Part shown: positions 49,966 to 63,395 of the stretch, in pieces
Position numbering within the stretch: the stretch's first letter is position 1
Layout: every line of letters begins with the position of its first letter
NCBI RefSeq assembly: GCF_018977255.1
Contig: NW_024704742.1
Span: forward strand, 117,740,001-117,804,000
DNA length: 64,000 bases
Direction: 5' to 3'
Source of the DNA: Callorhinchus milii
Taxonomy: Eukaryota
Notes under the pieces: model-generated
What the model was told of the DNA's origin: nothing
Seen by the model: the letters and a program-made list of their open reading frames with translations, nothing else
Databases searched by the model: none
Position numbers and translations under genes: made by a program

Positions 49966-50270
49966 CCTTGCATTTGATATAGCGCTTTTCACGTCGGGAG
50001 GACGTCCCAAAGCGCTTCACAGAACACACTGTAAAGTGAATTGACTGTATATTTGTGGGCGAACGCGGCAGCCAATTGCGCACAGCAATGTCCCACAAAC
50101 AGTCGTAGATTGAAAAATGACCAATTTAATTATTGTTTTTGGTTTTTTGGAGGGATTATTATTAGGCGTGTGGAGTAAGGAAACTTGCCCAAGGTTTCGC
50201 CCTGCCTGGAATTGAACTCAGGTCTCTCACTTGCAAAGCGAGTGCTCTAACCACTGAGCTACAGGACTCC
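49936..50270 (-). mobile_element. Full-length young tRNA-Ala-like SINE, short form
   Basis: A/B boxes, Deu-like body, long (AAT)n tail on + strand. Confidence 0.92.
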
Positions 50271-51145
50271 AAATATGATGTGGAATAAAACTCCTTCCAT
50301 CTACTTTAACACAACCATGCACTTTAGCCAAACTTCACAGGAGCATCCCTTACAGAATTAGAATGACATTTTCTAATTCCCACACCAGCCATTCCTGTAG
50401 CACCATTGCATAATGTAACTGCTGATTTAAAGCTAGATTAAGGGTAATTGTGTTCTGCAAGTTAACACCTATTTAGAGCTATATTGAGACTGCTCCAAGT
50501 TAATTCACAGATGACCTTTACAAAAAGAGGAGGCTTTCAAACCTTCAGCAATATTTGACTGTTGAAAATATAGCTATTACCATATAAAACACACCACAAT
50601 CCTAATAATAATAATCCTTGCATTTGATATAGCACTCTTCCAGATGTCTGTCTCAAAGTGCGTCGCAGAATATACTATATTGTGAATTGACTGTATATTT
50701 GTGTGCAAAATGCAGCAGCCAGTTGCACACAGCAATGTCCCATAAACAGCCACGGAGTGATTGACCAATTTTATTATGGTGGATTATTGGCCAGAACACC
50801 AGGAGAAACTCCCTTCTCTTTTGCTCTGTTGGAGAGTTGCTGAACCCTGGTTCCCATTGTTTCAAAGGTTTAGTTGACATTGGGGGACACTTTGAGATGT
50901 TCACAAATTGATTTGTAAATCACACCTTGTGGATGTATCTCAGTCATGCCCTCTGAAAAGCCACTCGGACACCAATCTCAGCAAGTCTCCTGCTGGGAAT
51001 TTTAGGAGCCACTATCCAGCTTCATGGAACCCGAAACAAGCGTTCAAGCAGAGGTCCAGCAGGTCAGAAATTGAAGTCTCATATGTAAATGTAGATAGAA
51101 TTAACTGGGGTGTTTACAAAGGAGACAGAAACATACTTAGGCAGT

Positions 51146-51576
51146 ACCTAGGATACCTACTATCCCCCTACCTACCTGCCAGTACCCTCCGTTCCTCCGG
51201 CTCCGGTCTGCTCCACGTCCCCCGCCCCAATCGCCCTACTATCGGTGGTCGGGCCTTCAGCCTCTCAGCCCCGAGGCTCTGGAACTCTAACCCCCAGTGC
51301 CTTCGCCTTGCTTCCTCCCTCTCCTCTTTCAAGGCCGGTCTCAAAACCTTTCTCTTTGACCGTGCCTTCAGCTCCCCTCTCGACTCTCTTCCCCCTCCTC
51401 GCTCCCTTCCTTCCCTCCCCTCACCCTGACCATTTCCCCCCTCCTCGCTCCCTCCCTTCCCTCCCCTCACCCTGACCATTTCCCCCCTGCTCGGGTCATG
51501 ACCCAACTGTGCAGCGCCTTGGGACGTCCTCCTGACGTGAAAGGCGCTTTATAAATGGAATCTTGTTGTTGTTGTT
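51146..51576 (+). mobile_element. Young L2 3' end with ~46-bp 3'UTR tandem duplication and 6-bp TSD GGCAGT, inside a CR1 remnant
   Basis: Near identical to 29704-30075. GGCAGT at 51140-51145 and 51577-51582; duplicated units 51389-51433 and 51434-51479. Confidence 0.9.
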
Positions 51577-53474
51577 GGCAGTGAGAGTGTTAAGGCGTAT
51601 AGAGAAAAGACGGGAACGTAGGATTTAAAGATTTGCCTTGATCAAATAAACTGCTTAGACAGGCTTGATGGGATGAATGGCCTCCAATTAAATTACTAGC
51701 AGGGCTGCATGCTGGAGTCATTGAAAGATAAGAGAACTACGAAAGAACTTAGCAAAATCTAAATAGAAATTTTTCTCCCAAGAAATGAGTTCAGATCAAG
51801 AAGCATTTGGTTTTATTTTTCAATAGGGTACCTGAAACTGACTTATATGTGTAGAGATCACCTTTTGTTGTAATTATCTCTCCATCTCTTTTCAGCATAG
51901 ATCCTGCAGTTAGTCATCTTTGAGACTGAGCCAGATGGATGTTAAAATATTGTGTGGCACGCCATCAACAAGTTATGTAAATATAAACCTGGAACAAAGT
52001 TTACATGAGAGCCGTAAATAATAACAGATTGAACAAATTTGAAATCTACGTGCAGCGATTTACATTTAAATTAAAGCTTTTGATCCTTCTTATCCCTGTA
52101 GTTAATGCTGCATCTGTCCCACCGTGACTCCGTTAGAACATAAGAACATGTTCTCTGGATCAATCACTTGATCAAGCCACAAACTGGCAAGGGTTAAATG
52201 TTGCTTTGTACAGTTAACATTAAAGATAAATTGCTATTTTCTACAGTAATAGTAACTCACTATTAGTTTCAAGTCTTGCTTATCACTCCCAGGGTTTAAA
52301 ATGACCTACAGCTGAGCCTTAAAAAACAAGTTTGCATTTATATACAGTAGTGCCATTCATGCAGGGTAGCATCTCAGAAAGATGCAACCCACAGCAATTT
52401 AGTTTAAAAGATAATAGACTGATTAGAAATGCAAGGGTGCGTAGCACAGATTCACCAGTCCATTGAGGACAGAAAGAACTAACATAAATTTGCATTTGGG
52501 TACAAAGTAAAGTGAAAAAGTAAAAATTCTGGAATACTAAAACCCCAATCCATTCTAATTTCAATAAGGGATTCTTACAGCTTATTACAATGAAAAATAT
52601 TTCCCATTTCACTTTAGATTGGGAATTTACTCTGGCTATTGCATTTAATGTAGTACCTCTAACATGATTATGACTCAAAACACATCAGCCTAATTACTGT
52701 GAAGTGCAGTGATACAACAACAAAAACATGTATTTATATAGCGTCCCCTCACGGGGTAGCGCTCGGAGCGCTTTAGTGATTGTGCATTTGTAAGTGCTTT
52801 GGGTCACTACCCTATGTGAAGGGCGCTATATAAATGCAGGTTGTTGTTGTCGTCCTTCAAGTCCCGCCTCAAGACCCTCCTCTTTGACTATGCCATTGGT
52901 CACTCCCCTTCCCATCTCTTCCCTTCTCCCTCCCTGACCCCAGCTCGAATCTGAAATGTTTTTGAAACCCGCTATACAAATGTAATCTTGTTGTTGTTCT
53001 TGTAGGCGATTACGAGCAGAAAGTCCCACAAACATCAGGGAAGTGAATGATTAATTTAAATGGAGGATTGTTGGCCAGCCAAGTCACTAGGAGAAGCTGC
53101 CTTCTTCTTTTGACTATAGTCATGGTTCTTTAACATTGACTTGAACAGGCAAGTGGGACCTCGGTTTAATATTTCTTCCAAAGGACGAGAAAACAACACT
53201 CACCGAAAACTGTACTAAAATGGTATCCCAGACTAAGAATTCAACGTCCCTCAAGTGGGGCTTAAACCCCTCAATATTCTGACTCAGAGGTGAGAGTACT
53301 ACCAACTGAGCTAAGCTAATATCTTTATTTAATCATTAATAATTCATTTACTGAGAAATCTTGTTGATTGTCTTAGAATTTAATCCCTTATTGAAATGAA
53401 TTTTCTTCTCAGATAAAAAAGATCTTTTAAAAGACATGATAACCACTTTTCTGTTGATAAAACACTACTCTCAT

Positions 53475-53925
53475 CAACAACAAATTTCATTTGTATAGCA
53501 CCTTTCACGTTGGGAGAACGTCCCAAAACGCTGAACCGTCAGAGACCTGGACCCGAGCAGCGGTTGGGATCAGGACGGGTGGAGGGCAGGGAGGGTAGGG
53601 GTAGGAGGTGACGAAAAGCACGGTTGAAGAGGAGGGTCTAGAGAAGTACAATGCAGGAGGTAAGGGAGGGAACAAGGCAAAGGGACTGTGGGATGGAGTT
53701 CCAAAGGGCGGGGGCAGAGAGGCTGAATGCCTGATCGGTGATAGCGGAGCGGGCCGGGCAAACAATGTGGAGAAGGCAGGAGCCTGCTGAGAGGAAAGAG
53801 TGGACAGGTCGATATGGTATTAGCTGGTCACAGAGATAGGAAGAGGCAAGGCCGTGGAGGGCTTTGAAAGCGTGGACGAGGATTTTGAATTCTGTCATCT
53901 GGCGGTTGGGAAGCCAGTGGAATCA
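53475..53925 (-). mobile_element. L2 LINE 3' portion
   Basis: EFKILVHAFKALHGLA...AFSLSAPALWNSIPQSL; tail. Confidence 0.88.
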
Positions 53926-54294
53926 GGTTAATGAGTCCTGCTAATTTAATCATATATTATGATATTAGTAGCTTAATTGTCACTGCTTTTGCATCCTGTA
54001 CAGTTGATTTGTGTATAACTAAGGTTGTAATTTTGTCATGCTTTTTTTTAGAACTCATTTATTAACCATAGCAAAAGAAAACCAAAAATTAAGGAATGTT
54101 TTGTGGTATTTTGTTATTTTTTATACAACTGTTCTATCCATATATGCTTTACATAATGCTATGTGTTCTCCCTCTAATGCAGTTTGGCCTCTTTCTGTCT
54201 ACTGCAGCCTGTTTATCTTTCTTTTTGTTTCTCCCTCTGTATTGCAGCTTGTGTTCCACTCTTCCTCACTCACTCTCTCTCTTTCATGCACCTC

Positions 54295-54670
54295 TGGATC
54301 AGAACATTGTGGGTTCAAGGCCCACATTGAAATTTGAGCTCACATTTTCTAGGTTGACACTCAATGTAGTATTTGAGGGAGTGCTGGATTGTTGGGGATT
54401 CTATCCTTCGGACAAGGTAATAAGTATTGGCTGTTTTGCAGGTGGACACTTGATATCCAATGACATTCAAAAAGGAAGTTTCCTCTGACAACCTGGTCAA
54501 TAATTCTGCAGGAAAATTAGTCATTCATTTCATGGCTCTTTGTGGGACCTTGCTGGTGCAAATGGCTGCCAAATTTCACTAAAAGAAGTTACAACACTTG
54601 ACAGTAATTACTTGTTTAGCACTTTGAAACATTTTGAAATGATAAGTGACTATAAAATGCAAGTGCTTTC
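54295..54670 (+). mobile_element. Deu-domain SINE (SacSINE1-like)
   Basis: ttgtgggttcaaggccc, caggtggacac, tgtgggaccttgctggtgcaaatggctgcc. Confidence 0.75.
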
Positions 54671-56627
54671 TTTCAAACCAGCAGGCCTAATTTATTTTTT
54701 TCTCTGTCTCTATTGCAGTCTGTTATCTCTCTCTGGCGCTATTACAGTGTGGTTTCTTTCTTTCTCTCATTACTCTCAATATTATAATCATAACAGTTAT
54801 AATACTGTAATAATAAGTTGTTCTCTCGACCTCACTTTAACACTTCCTTTCGTCTTCCATCTGCCTCGTTTGCAGTATGATTGTTCTATCTCTATTTCAG
54901 TCTGTTCTCTCTCTGTTCCTCTCTATTGCAGCATAGATTTTTCTTTCCACTCCTCTCTTGTTCTCTAATTTTATTCACTATCAACCTTCCTCGTACAACT
55001 GCAGTTTGAATGCAGCATTTTTTTTAAATGCAGGTTGATATGAATCAGCGTCAGATGATGGTGTACAAATGTTTCCATTGCCATAAATACGTAAATAAAT
55101 AAATAAAAGTCAAACAAATATTTTTTTCCTTTGCAAAATTCAAAAGGCTAGTAAGATATTAATTTTAAAATGAGATATTCCTTTTAAATTTGATTCGACA
55201 AACACATCTATAGACACGGACATTTTCCAGTCAGTTATCACTACATCAGAATGAAGAGCAATAATCCAGGCTGAATTCTTAACTCCCTCGTCTATGTGGA
55301 CCTCCCTATTTGTTTTTAAAAAAAGTTAACAGATAGACTTGTTGAGCTGTGACAGCAAATAATTGCGGCAGAGTGGATGTAGGGCACAGGAGAAATCCAC
55401 AACTTGCATCATTGTCCCAACTAAGGTCTTTGCACTGCTCACACATGACACCGCCTAAGGGCTGAAATTCTGGTCATCGTCCCATATTTCCAGTTGCCAG
55501 AGGAGTTCCTATTTGTGCAACTCGGAATCCTGCTAAGAAAAAATTAAAAGCTAATTTATTTTAAAATGTTCTGCTTTGCATTTGCAGAATAGAGTAGGAC
55601 TGTTTAATTAGAGAACGGCATTAAAGAAGCGTGTTAGTGAAACCTGTATCAATGTCAGAATAAAGGCTCATCATTTGTTTAAAAGGAAAAATAAAATCAA
55701 CATTAGGAAAGAAGGGCAGTTGCAGGATTGACGAGAGAGCTTCCTAATAGCAATATTATTAACTTAGTTATTCGCTCCATGGCTCCATTACTGCCTCAAT
55801 CTCTCCCTTGCTTCCTCCTTGCTTGCCTTCAGATCACACCTGAAGACCTTACTCTTCAACTGCGCTGACAGTCACCTCTCCCCTTCTCCAGCTCGGCATC
55901 AAGCTCCACCAGTGTTAAGCGCTCCGAGATGCTACCCCACATGAAATATACTATACAAATCCAAGTTGTTGTTGTCATTGTTTGCGAGACATTGCAGTGC
56001 CCAAATTGACTGTCACTTTCACCCACAAAACACACAGTCACTGCACTTTACAGGATCATAATAATAATAATCCTCGCTTTTGATAAAGCGCCTTATCACA
56101 TCTTCGAGATACCTCAAAGTGATTCACAGAATATATTGTAAAATTAATTGACTGTATATGTTGTGGGTGAAATGCGACAGCCAATTGATTACAGCAGTGT
56201 CCCACAAATAGTCGTGGATTGAGTGACTAAATTATTATTATTTTGGGGGGAAATGCTTTGAAACATCCTCCTGATGTAAATACTATTATTATTAATAACA
56301 ATATATCATTGTACTGTATAAACAAGTTGGGGATTTCAATAGGAGCTGTTGCAGGGATTGTTTGTTTTCGATAGAAAGGCTTAATTAGGGGCAGTAGCAG
56401 AGAGAATATTGGTGAAAAAGATTAACTCTGTCAAAGGCAAATTGCTAATATTATCTTTTAGTTTTGCATGAAATTCATTTGGCTAATATTACGTGGATGT
56501 TTACGTAACTGTGTTGAGGGCAGATTTGTCCAGTGTTTGCTGAAAGCACAAAAGTACTGAAGGATTTGTGTTTATTTCCAAAGTTTGGAGCGAGCCTTCT
56601 AATTTCACAATACATACAGCAGTTATA

Positions 56628-56802
56628 GTTGACTGTGCCTTCAGCTCCCCTCTCGACACTCTCTACCCCCTCCTCACTCCCTCCCTTCCCTCCCCTCACC
56701 CTGACCATCTCCCCCCTGCTCGGGTCCCGACCCAACTGTCCAGCGCCTTGGGACGTCCTCCCGACATGAAAGGCGCTCTATAAATGAAATCTTGTTGTTG
56801 TT
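56628..56802 (+). mobile_element. Young L2 3'UTR
   Basis: Near identical to the reverse complement of 29704-29875. Confidence 0.9.
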
Positions 56803-58059
56803 GAGCAGATGATGATTAGTCCTGCATTACTATTTGAACTCTCGCATGTAAAGGACTCTCATATAACCCAGAGAGGAGATGTCATGTGCATCTAAACTGC
56901 AAGCAATTCATGGAGACATTTTGGATTGCTACAGAACGTTAATGTTCACCTGATATGAAGTTCTGGCATAAAGTGCTAGAAAGTCTTGAGTGCTGTGCCA
57001 GCCATGACCTCGTACAGGAATGACAGTCTGCCTATTTTTAATGTCATACAAGGTGGACTGACATTGCAAAAGATAGTGTTATTCAGTTCTGTGGCGTGAA
57101 TGTCTTTGTACATTTGTCTCTTTCGAGTTAATATTAACAAGTGAATCATTAGCATTCTTTTACACCTCCTAGTAAGGGGTTTAGGATGTTCTAGTATGGC
57201 ATTGGCAGAGGGAGCGAATGAAACAAGGAGGAAATCAACACTGCGACAAGAAAATTTGCAAAAATAGAACTGGACAGAAAAAGGAAAAGCTTTAGAAATT
57301 AACTCAATACAACAATACAAATTTACCTTTATAAAGCACCTTTCACATTGGAAGGACATCACAAGGTGTTGGACAGTCTACGGGTTGCACCCATTAACTC
57401 TATTAACATGTACAAGTATGTTTATTTGTGAATTATTCTGAAGATTGTAATAAGTAAATGTAAAACACAAGTATCGTATGTCTTTTAACTGAGTCCGGGA
57501 GGGCAAATTCCTGTTTATTGATGTATATATTAACAGAACATTTGATTTGATGTTTGTGGTGTAACAAACAACTTGTTTCAACTCTTTCCCTCTGGGGTTA
57601 GATGTTCCAAATCTAATTTTAACGCTATTTATAAAACCTTAGGTTTGAGGATAAACGACCACGTTGTTCATTTTGAGTATCAACAAAGCATTTCTGAAAT
57701 GCTGTATTATTCAAAAAATGGAACTCAACGTCAACATATTTGAGTGTTTCTTGATTTTTAGATTTTTTTCCAGAAGTACATATATTTCCTTGAAAATTAT
57801 AAAAGTTTGTTGTCACAGTAAGCAACATTTTTATTTAATATAAAATAATGTTTAATATAAATAATGTGTTGATACAGCATTTTTATTTAATATGAAGCAA
57901 TATCTAATATAGGAGAAGTGTAGATTGCTATTTAATATAAAGTAAAATGTAATATAAGTGTGTAGATACACCATTTTTGTAACCGAAATTGGGTCTGCAG
58001 CAAGTAAACAGCACCACAGAGTTCTTTAGTACTTTTTAGGTGTGCCAGTAATAAACTGA

Positions 58060-58320
58060 ATAAATGCCAAAAGAACCAGAGGGGAAATAAGGAGAATTTT
58101 TGTTATGCAGAGAGTTGTTACAATCTGAAATGCACTACTTGAAAGGTTGGTGGAAGCAGATTCAATAATAACTTACAAAATGGAATTGGATACATATTCA
58201 AAATGGAAAAATTTGCAAGTCTATGGAGAAAGAGCGTTGGTAGTTCTTTCAAAGAACCGGCACAGACACGATGGGCCGAATGGCCTCCATCTGTGCTGTA
58301 AGATTCTATGATTCTATGTA
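58060..58320 (+). mobile_element. CR1 LINE 3' end
   Basis: gatgggccgaatggcctccatctgtgctgtaagattctatgattctatg tail. Confidence 0.88.
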
Positions 58321-60974
58321 TGTAAATATATAGAAACACATAAGTGGCAACCAAGTGCTCATGTCATAAGGTGTAATGGCACTGATGGTGTGCACTTACA
58401 CCCACACCATGAATTGCACCTCTGTTCCCACACTGCTGCAGTAAAATCCTCGTTTTGACCTTCAAATGTCTTGGAAATCTCCTGCGTTCCTATTCCCACA
58501 CCCATTCCCTCCATTCTGCCAACTCAGGCCTGCTTCCTGCCTCTTCTGCCCTACCGTAATCCTAACCCTTCAGCTACATTGGCCCAGCTCTCTAACTCTC
58601 CCTAAAACCTCCTAAGGTTTGGATATTCAAGCGTAGTGATGGGTTTTCCACATGTATCAGACACACGGCTGACCAAAAAGAAAAAAACCTTATACATTAC
58701 TCTCCCTCGAGCTTCCTGCTCTGTCTTATGCTCCATCTCTGTACAGCCACCACAACAACAACTTGCATTTATATAGCGCCCTCCACGCAGGGTAGCGACT
58801 CTGTAAAGCACTTTGAGATGTTCTTCTACGTTAAAAGGCTATATACGTGCAAATTGTTAGTGTTATCAATGTTGCTATTTTTTGTAACACAAGGTAATTT
58901 TACACCAAGAAGACAAGGGATGTAGAAAAGACCAAAAGATGAACGAAGAAAGGTTAAAACAGCAACTTACATTTATATAGCATGTGGAATAACATCTTGT
59001 CGAGTTGGATGCCAAGGAAGAAGGAAGAGGAAGCGGAGGTGACAATAAGAGCAGTCGAAGAGATAGGGTTTCAGATGGGATTCAAAGATAGATAAAGAGG
59101 AAGTAAGGCGGAGGGATGGGAGTTCATAACTCTTCTCACTATTGGAATAATGGTGTCAAAATTGCAGTATTACTAACACATTCAGTCTCTTAGTTTATCA
59201 CCAGGGTTAATTAAAGAATGTTTTCTCAACCAGATAATGCCCTTATGGGTGGGATTAGGGCTGAACACCAGAAATGGTTTCTCCCTCAGGCTTCTCAAAG
59301 GCAATATGGCCTCTATCTAAGAATCAAATTTAGCAAGAAGTGGTTTTGAATTTCTGCTGCTGAAATTTTTTTAAAACTTTAAAATTCTCATTTAACATTT
59401 TCAAACTAGTATCTGGTAAAGGAGCACAAAATGCGGGTTCTCCGTGGCTGAATTAAAGTTTCTCCAAATTCTTTCCTCCTGAAAGCAGTAGAGTTGAGGA
59501 ATCTTTTGCATATCTTCCTTCACAGATCTGGATTGTGGTGGGTGAGGGGATCTATTCACCTGAAGGCCTCCACTACAAGAGGATGAGTCATCCCATATAA
59601 CCACCATCAATGTGACACACTAGTCATCAGTTCTGTGTGATTCACCCAGTCCTTGACCCACTTCCACCTGTGCACACAAGTTAGTTACTCTCCTGTTGAA
59701 AGACTGTGTCTCTCTGAGCAGCTGCTGTTCCTCTGGAACATCAGCGCTATTCATTAGTCCTGTGAATCTCACAGAACTGATAAATAGAGCGTCCCACAGA
59801 ACAGAGGTAATATGGTTTGACTCATCCTGTGGTTTTGGAAACCTCTAGGTGAATAGACAGCGCCCACCCCTGCCCTCCACCCCACCACTCTCTTCCCCAC
59901 AACTTGGTCGTGAGACAAAATCTGTGAAAAAGAGACCAATGGAACAATTCCATGTGCCTAGAGTAGAATTTGGAGAAGCTGAACGATCAGAAAAATGTTC
60001 AATGTCGTCTGCTGGTGTGCTTGTATCTGAAGGAGACACATGCTATATGCACGACAGTGCTGTGCAATTAGCTGCCACATTTTGCTCATAAAATATATAT
60101 TCAATTCACTTGACAATATATTCTGTGAAGTACTTTGAGATATCTCAATGACACGCTAAGGCACTATATCAATTGCAAGGTTTATTATTCTATTATCATG
60201 TCTTTTCCAAAGCAGGTTCATACATTTTATTCACAGTTTTACTTCACCATTTAACTATATGAAATCTTGAAATCTCCTAGATTTACCAATGACATACCAT
60301 TGGCCATTGGGTGTCCTCACTTGCCTCCCCAATCCCTCCAGATTCTCTGTCTCAAAAGGATAAAAAGCTTTTCACAGACTTTGTGAGAGTTTTGGTATGG
60401 TAGAGGGGGTGCGGGGAGAATTCTGCTCTTTTTTGGGTGGACTATAGAAAGGAATCTTTCTCTGGATTTTGCTGTAGTTTCCTGACATTGCTTACTAGAA
60501 GTATAAAAGTGTTTTGTTATCTTTCACAAAGGATGAAGCGTTTTGGATATCCTCCCAAGTTGAAAGGCAACAACAACAAGAATACATTTGAATAGGGCCC
60601 TTCAGGAGGACATCCGAAGGCGCTGGACAGAGTACAGCATTTCAGACCCAAAACGGGGGTCAGAGAGGGAGACGGGAGGGGAGGGGAAAGGGGGTGACCG
60701 ATGGCATGGTCGAAGAGGAGGGTCTTGAGGCGGGACGTGAAGGAGGCTAAGGAGGGGCTTTATTTATATATAAATTTATATAAATATAAATGTAAATTTA
60801 TATTGTATTGTACCTAGCAATGATGTGCCTCATCTTGAAATAAATATTTTTATTCAGCTGAGTGTCTGATAGATGTAGAAACCCATCACCATACTTAAGA
60901 GTGTCTACCAAGTATAAGGGTTATTCATATTATATTAATAAAGAAAATTGACTGCTGTAATTTTAAAAATGTAG

Positions 60975-61320
60975 AGATTGGCTAAAGTGAGACTTTTCCC
61001 ACTGGAGCACAGGAAATTGGGAGAGAATGTAATAGAAATGTTTAAAGATCTCAAAGTACGTGACAAGGTAAGTAGAGAAACATTATTTCCTTTAGGTGTA
61101 GACTCTGTGACAAGGGACGTGATCTCAGCAATGTTATCAGAAGAATTGAGGGAGAGGTTAGAAGAATTTCTTCACTTGGAGGATTGGTAGGCTCTGGATT
61201 GCATTACCACAAGCAGCTATTAGAGCTAAATCAACAAAATTGTTCCAAACAGTAAATGGGTAAATATCCAGTCCATGAAAGGATTAAGAGATATGAAGAA
61301 GGAGTTGAAAAGTGGGACTC
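60975..61320 (+). mobile_element. Old CR1 LINE 3' fragment
   Basis: LFPLEHRKLGENVIEMFKDLKVRDKVSRETLFPL. Confidence 0.7.
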
Positions 61321-62039
61321 ATAAAAATGGCTTAATTATCTAACTTCACGTCTTGTTATAATCGGCAACCATTCTTCATTTCATACTTTCCTCTATCCTT
61401 TATTGTGTAAAATATCAATAAATCCATTATTTTCTCAGAAGGTCAAGGCTATTGAATGAACCACAAAAAGCAGTCTGTGTCCTTGTAAAAAAAAGTCCAA
61501 TCTTAGCCCCCACCCCGCGCCCCCATACAAAACACACACAAATGACTTGTTTACCAGAACTGCTTTGAAAAGTATCATTTTTTATTCCAGAATTCAATGA
61601 ACTTTTGTGTATCTGTGCTTAATATTTATCAGGAGCATTTTTGTGTATTTTGGCCTTGTGAAACTCAGTCGCAAATGTAACATCTATACTTATTGGCACA
61701 CTTGACATTATAAGTGATGGGGAAAAACACAAAGATACACATTGTTCTTCCAAAAACTTGCGCTAGTTCCATTCAAAATGGTGTGGGAAATGATGGGCTT
61801 CTGCAACATGGATCTCATGCTCAGCATACAATATATTACATTTCATGCAGTACAATGCAATTTACACTTATATAGCACCTTTCACTTTAGGAGGGTACCC
61901 CAAAGCGCTTGCAAATTTTGTATGGACACCAAATAAATCACATTTATTTTTGATTTGTGATAGTTTAAAATTATATTAAGCCCTACCTAGGTCAGCAGAA
62001 AGCAAAAGTTTCCTGAAGTTATTCTATTTAAATAGGATA

Positions 62040-62541
62040 GGTCTGCAGCAGTTCAAGACACTGCTGATGACAAACCAGCTCGGCAGGATATGGAGGGGCA
62101 GGTAAGGGGAGGGATTCCTCGTACTTGGATCTTGTTAATCCTGCAAACCCAAATCCTAATTGATAGAGTGGACAAGCAGTGGGAAGCTTGCCAGACATTG
62201 CTCAAAGTAGAAAACTGTGTTTTAGCTGCTTAAATTCCACCAGTACCCCAACACACACTCCAGGGTAGCAAACCTTGGCTCTAACCAATCTGTGCCTAAT
62301 GCTCTGAAATTAGGAAAACAGTATGCGTTTCTCCCCGGAGAGAGTGCGCTTTCCATTCTAAACACAAAGAGATTTCCATGCATAAATAGATTGCAGTTGT
62401 GAAACACTGAGTCAAGGCTTTACATTTAAAAATCTCAGTCTGGTTTGGATTCCCTTAAGCGTGTGTCAGACACCTGACTGGCCAAAACAAATCCTTCTCT
62501 ATCTTTATCAGATGTAAGGTCTTCAATTATTCATGAAGGCC
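62040..62541 (-). repeat. Unclassified hairpin-rich interspersed repeat (most complete copy)
   Basis: Homologous segments at 2938-5080, 6345-6630, 48831-49190 and 60855-60912. Strand assignment is arbitrary. Confidence 0.8.
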
Positions 62542-62818
62542 AGTTTCATAGTTTTCTTCTGTGTTGAAGCACTAATGCACTGCTGGAATAAGTTTTATTC
62601 TGTTCTTGTTGCTATTGTGAAAATAAATGAATCTATTACTCCATGCCACCACAACTGAACCACATGATGAATCAACTGAAAAGCACAAAAGTGCTGAGCT
62701 CCTGTTATGTACAACCCATATTAGCATTAAAATCTAACCTTTTAGATTAATGTAAAGCATTCTAAATAAAAGAACACGATAAATGGATCCATCGTATCCA
62801 AAACTGGGTTAAACATAT

Positions 62819-63395
62819 GTGTCAGCTTGGCTCGGTGGAAGCACTCTTGCCTCTGAGTCAGAAGGTTGTGGGTTTAAGTCCCATGTCAGAACTTGAACTC
62901 TAGGATGACAATCCAATGCATTGTTGGGGCTGTGTTGCATTATCGGAGTTACTGTCTTTCAGGTGAGACATTAATCCGAAGTCCCGTCTGCCTGTTCAGG
63001 TGTACGTTAAAGATCCCATGGCACTAATCAAAAAGAAAAGATTTAATAGATTTTTGGTAGGTATTTTTAGTATTAAACCATATGGGGAGAAAGCAGGAAA
63101 TTGGAATTGAAAGGATTAGTTGAGGTACAGATCAATAATGAAGGGCTGAATGACCTACTCCTGTTCCCATGTTCTTATGTTCCTAGAAGGGAGTTTCTCC
63201 CTGTGTCCTGGCCAACAATCTCCAAAGCAAAATTGGTCACTCACTCCATGGCTGTTTGTGGGACATTACCGTGTGCAATTGTGCTGCCGCGTTTTCCTAG
63301 AAAACACAGAATCACTCAATTTTACAGTAATTCCTGTGAAACGGTTTGTGATATCCTTCCAACATGTACTATACTAAATTCCAAGTATTATATTA
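62819..63395 (+). mobile_element. Full-length Deu SINE with a CR1 3' end inserted (about 63040-63185)
   Basis: gtcagcttggctcggtggaagcactcttgcctctgagtcagaagg head; the body resumes at gaagggagtttctccctgtgtcctggcc after the CR1 tail. Confidence 0.8.

Noticed and set aside
2113..50098. Recurring peptide WDIAVRNWLPRSPTNIQSIHF...KCKDYYY suggesting a gene family
   Set aside because: Translation of the non-coding SINE body; the poly-Tyr is its (ATT)n tail.
56615..56810. Possible AGCAG TSD around the L2 3'UTR
   Set aside because: Only 5 bp and not directly adjacent to the 5' junction; not distinguishable from chance.
59401..60091. Short ORFs in the unique intronic block
   Set aside because: No recognisable homology or consistent exon structure; better explained as non-coding DNA.
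60759..60805. AT-only palindromes (atttatatataaat)
   Set aside because: Low-complexity sequence at an L2 junction; expected by chance.
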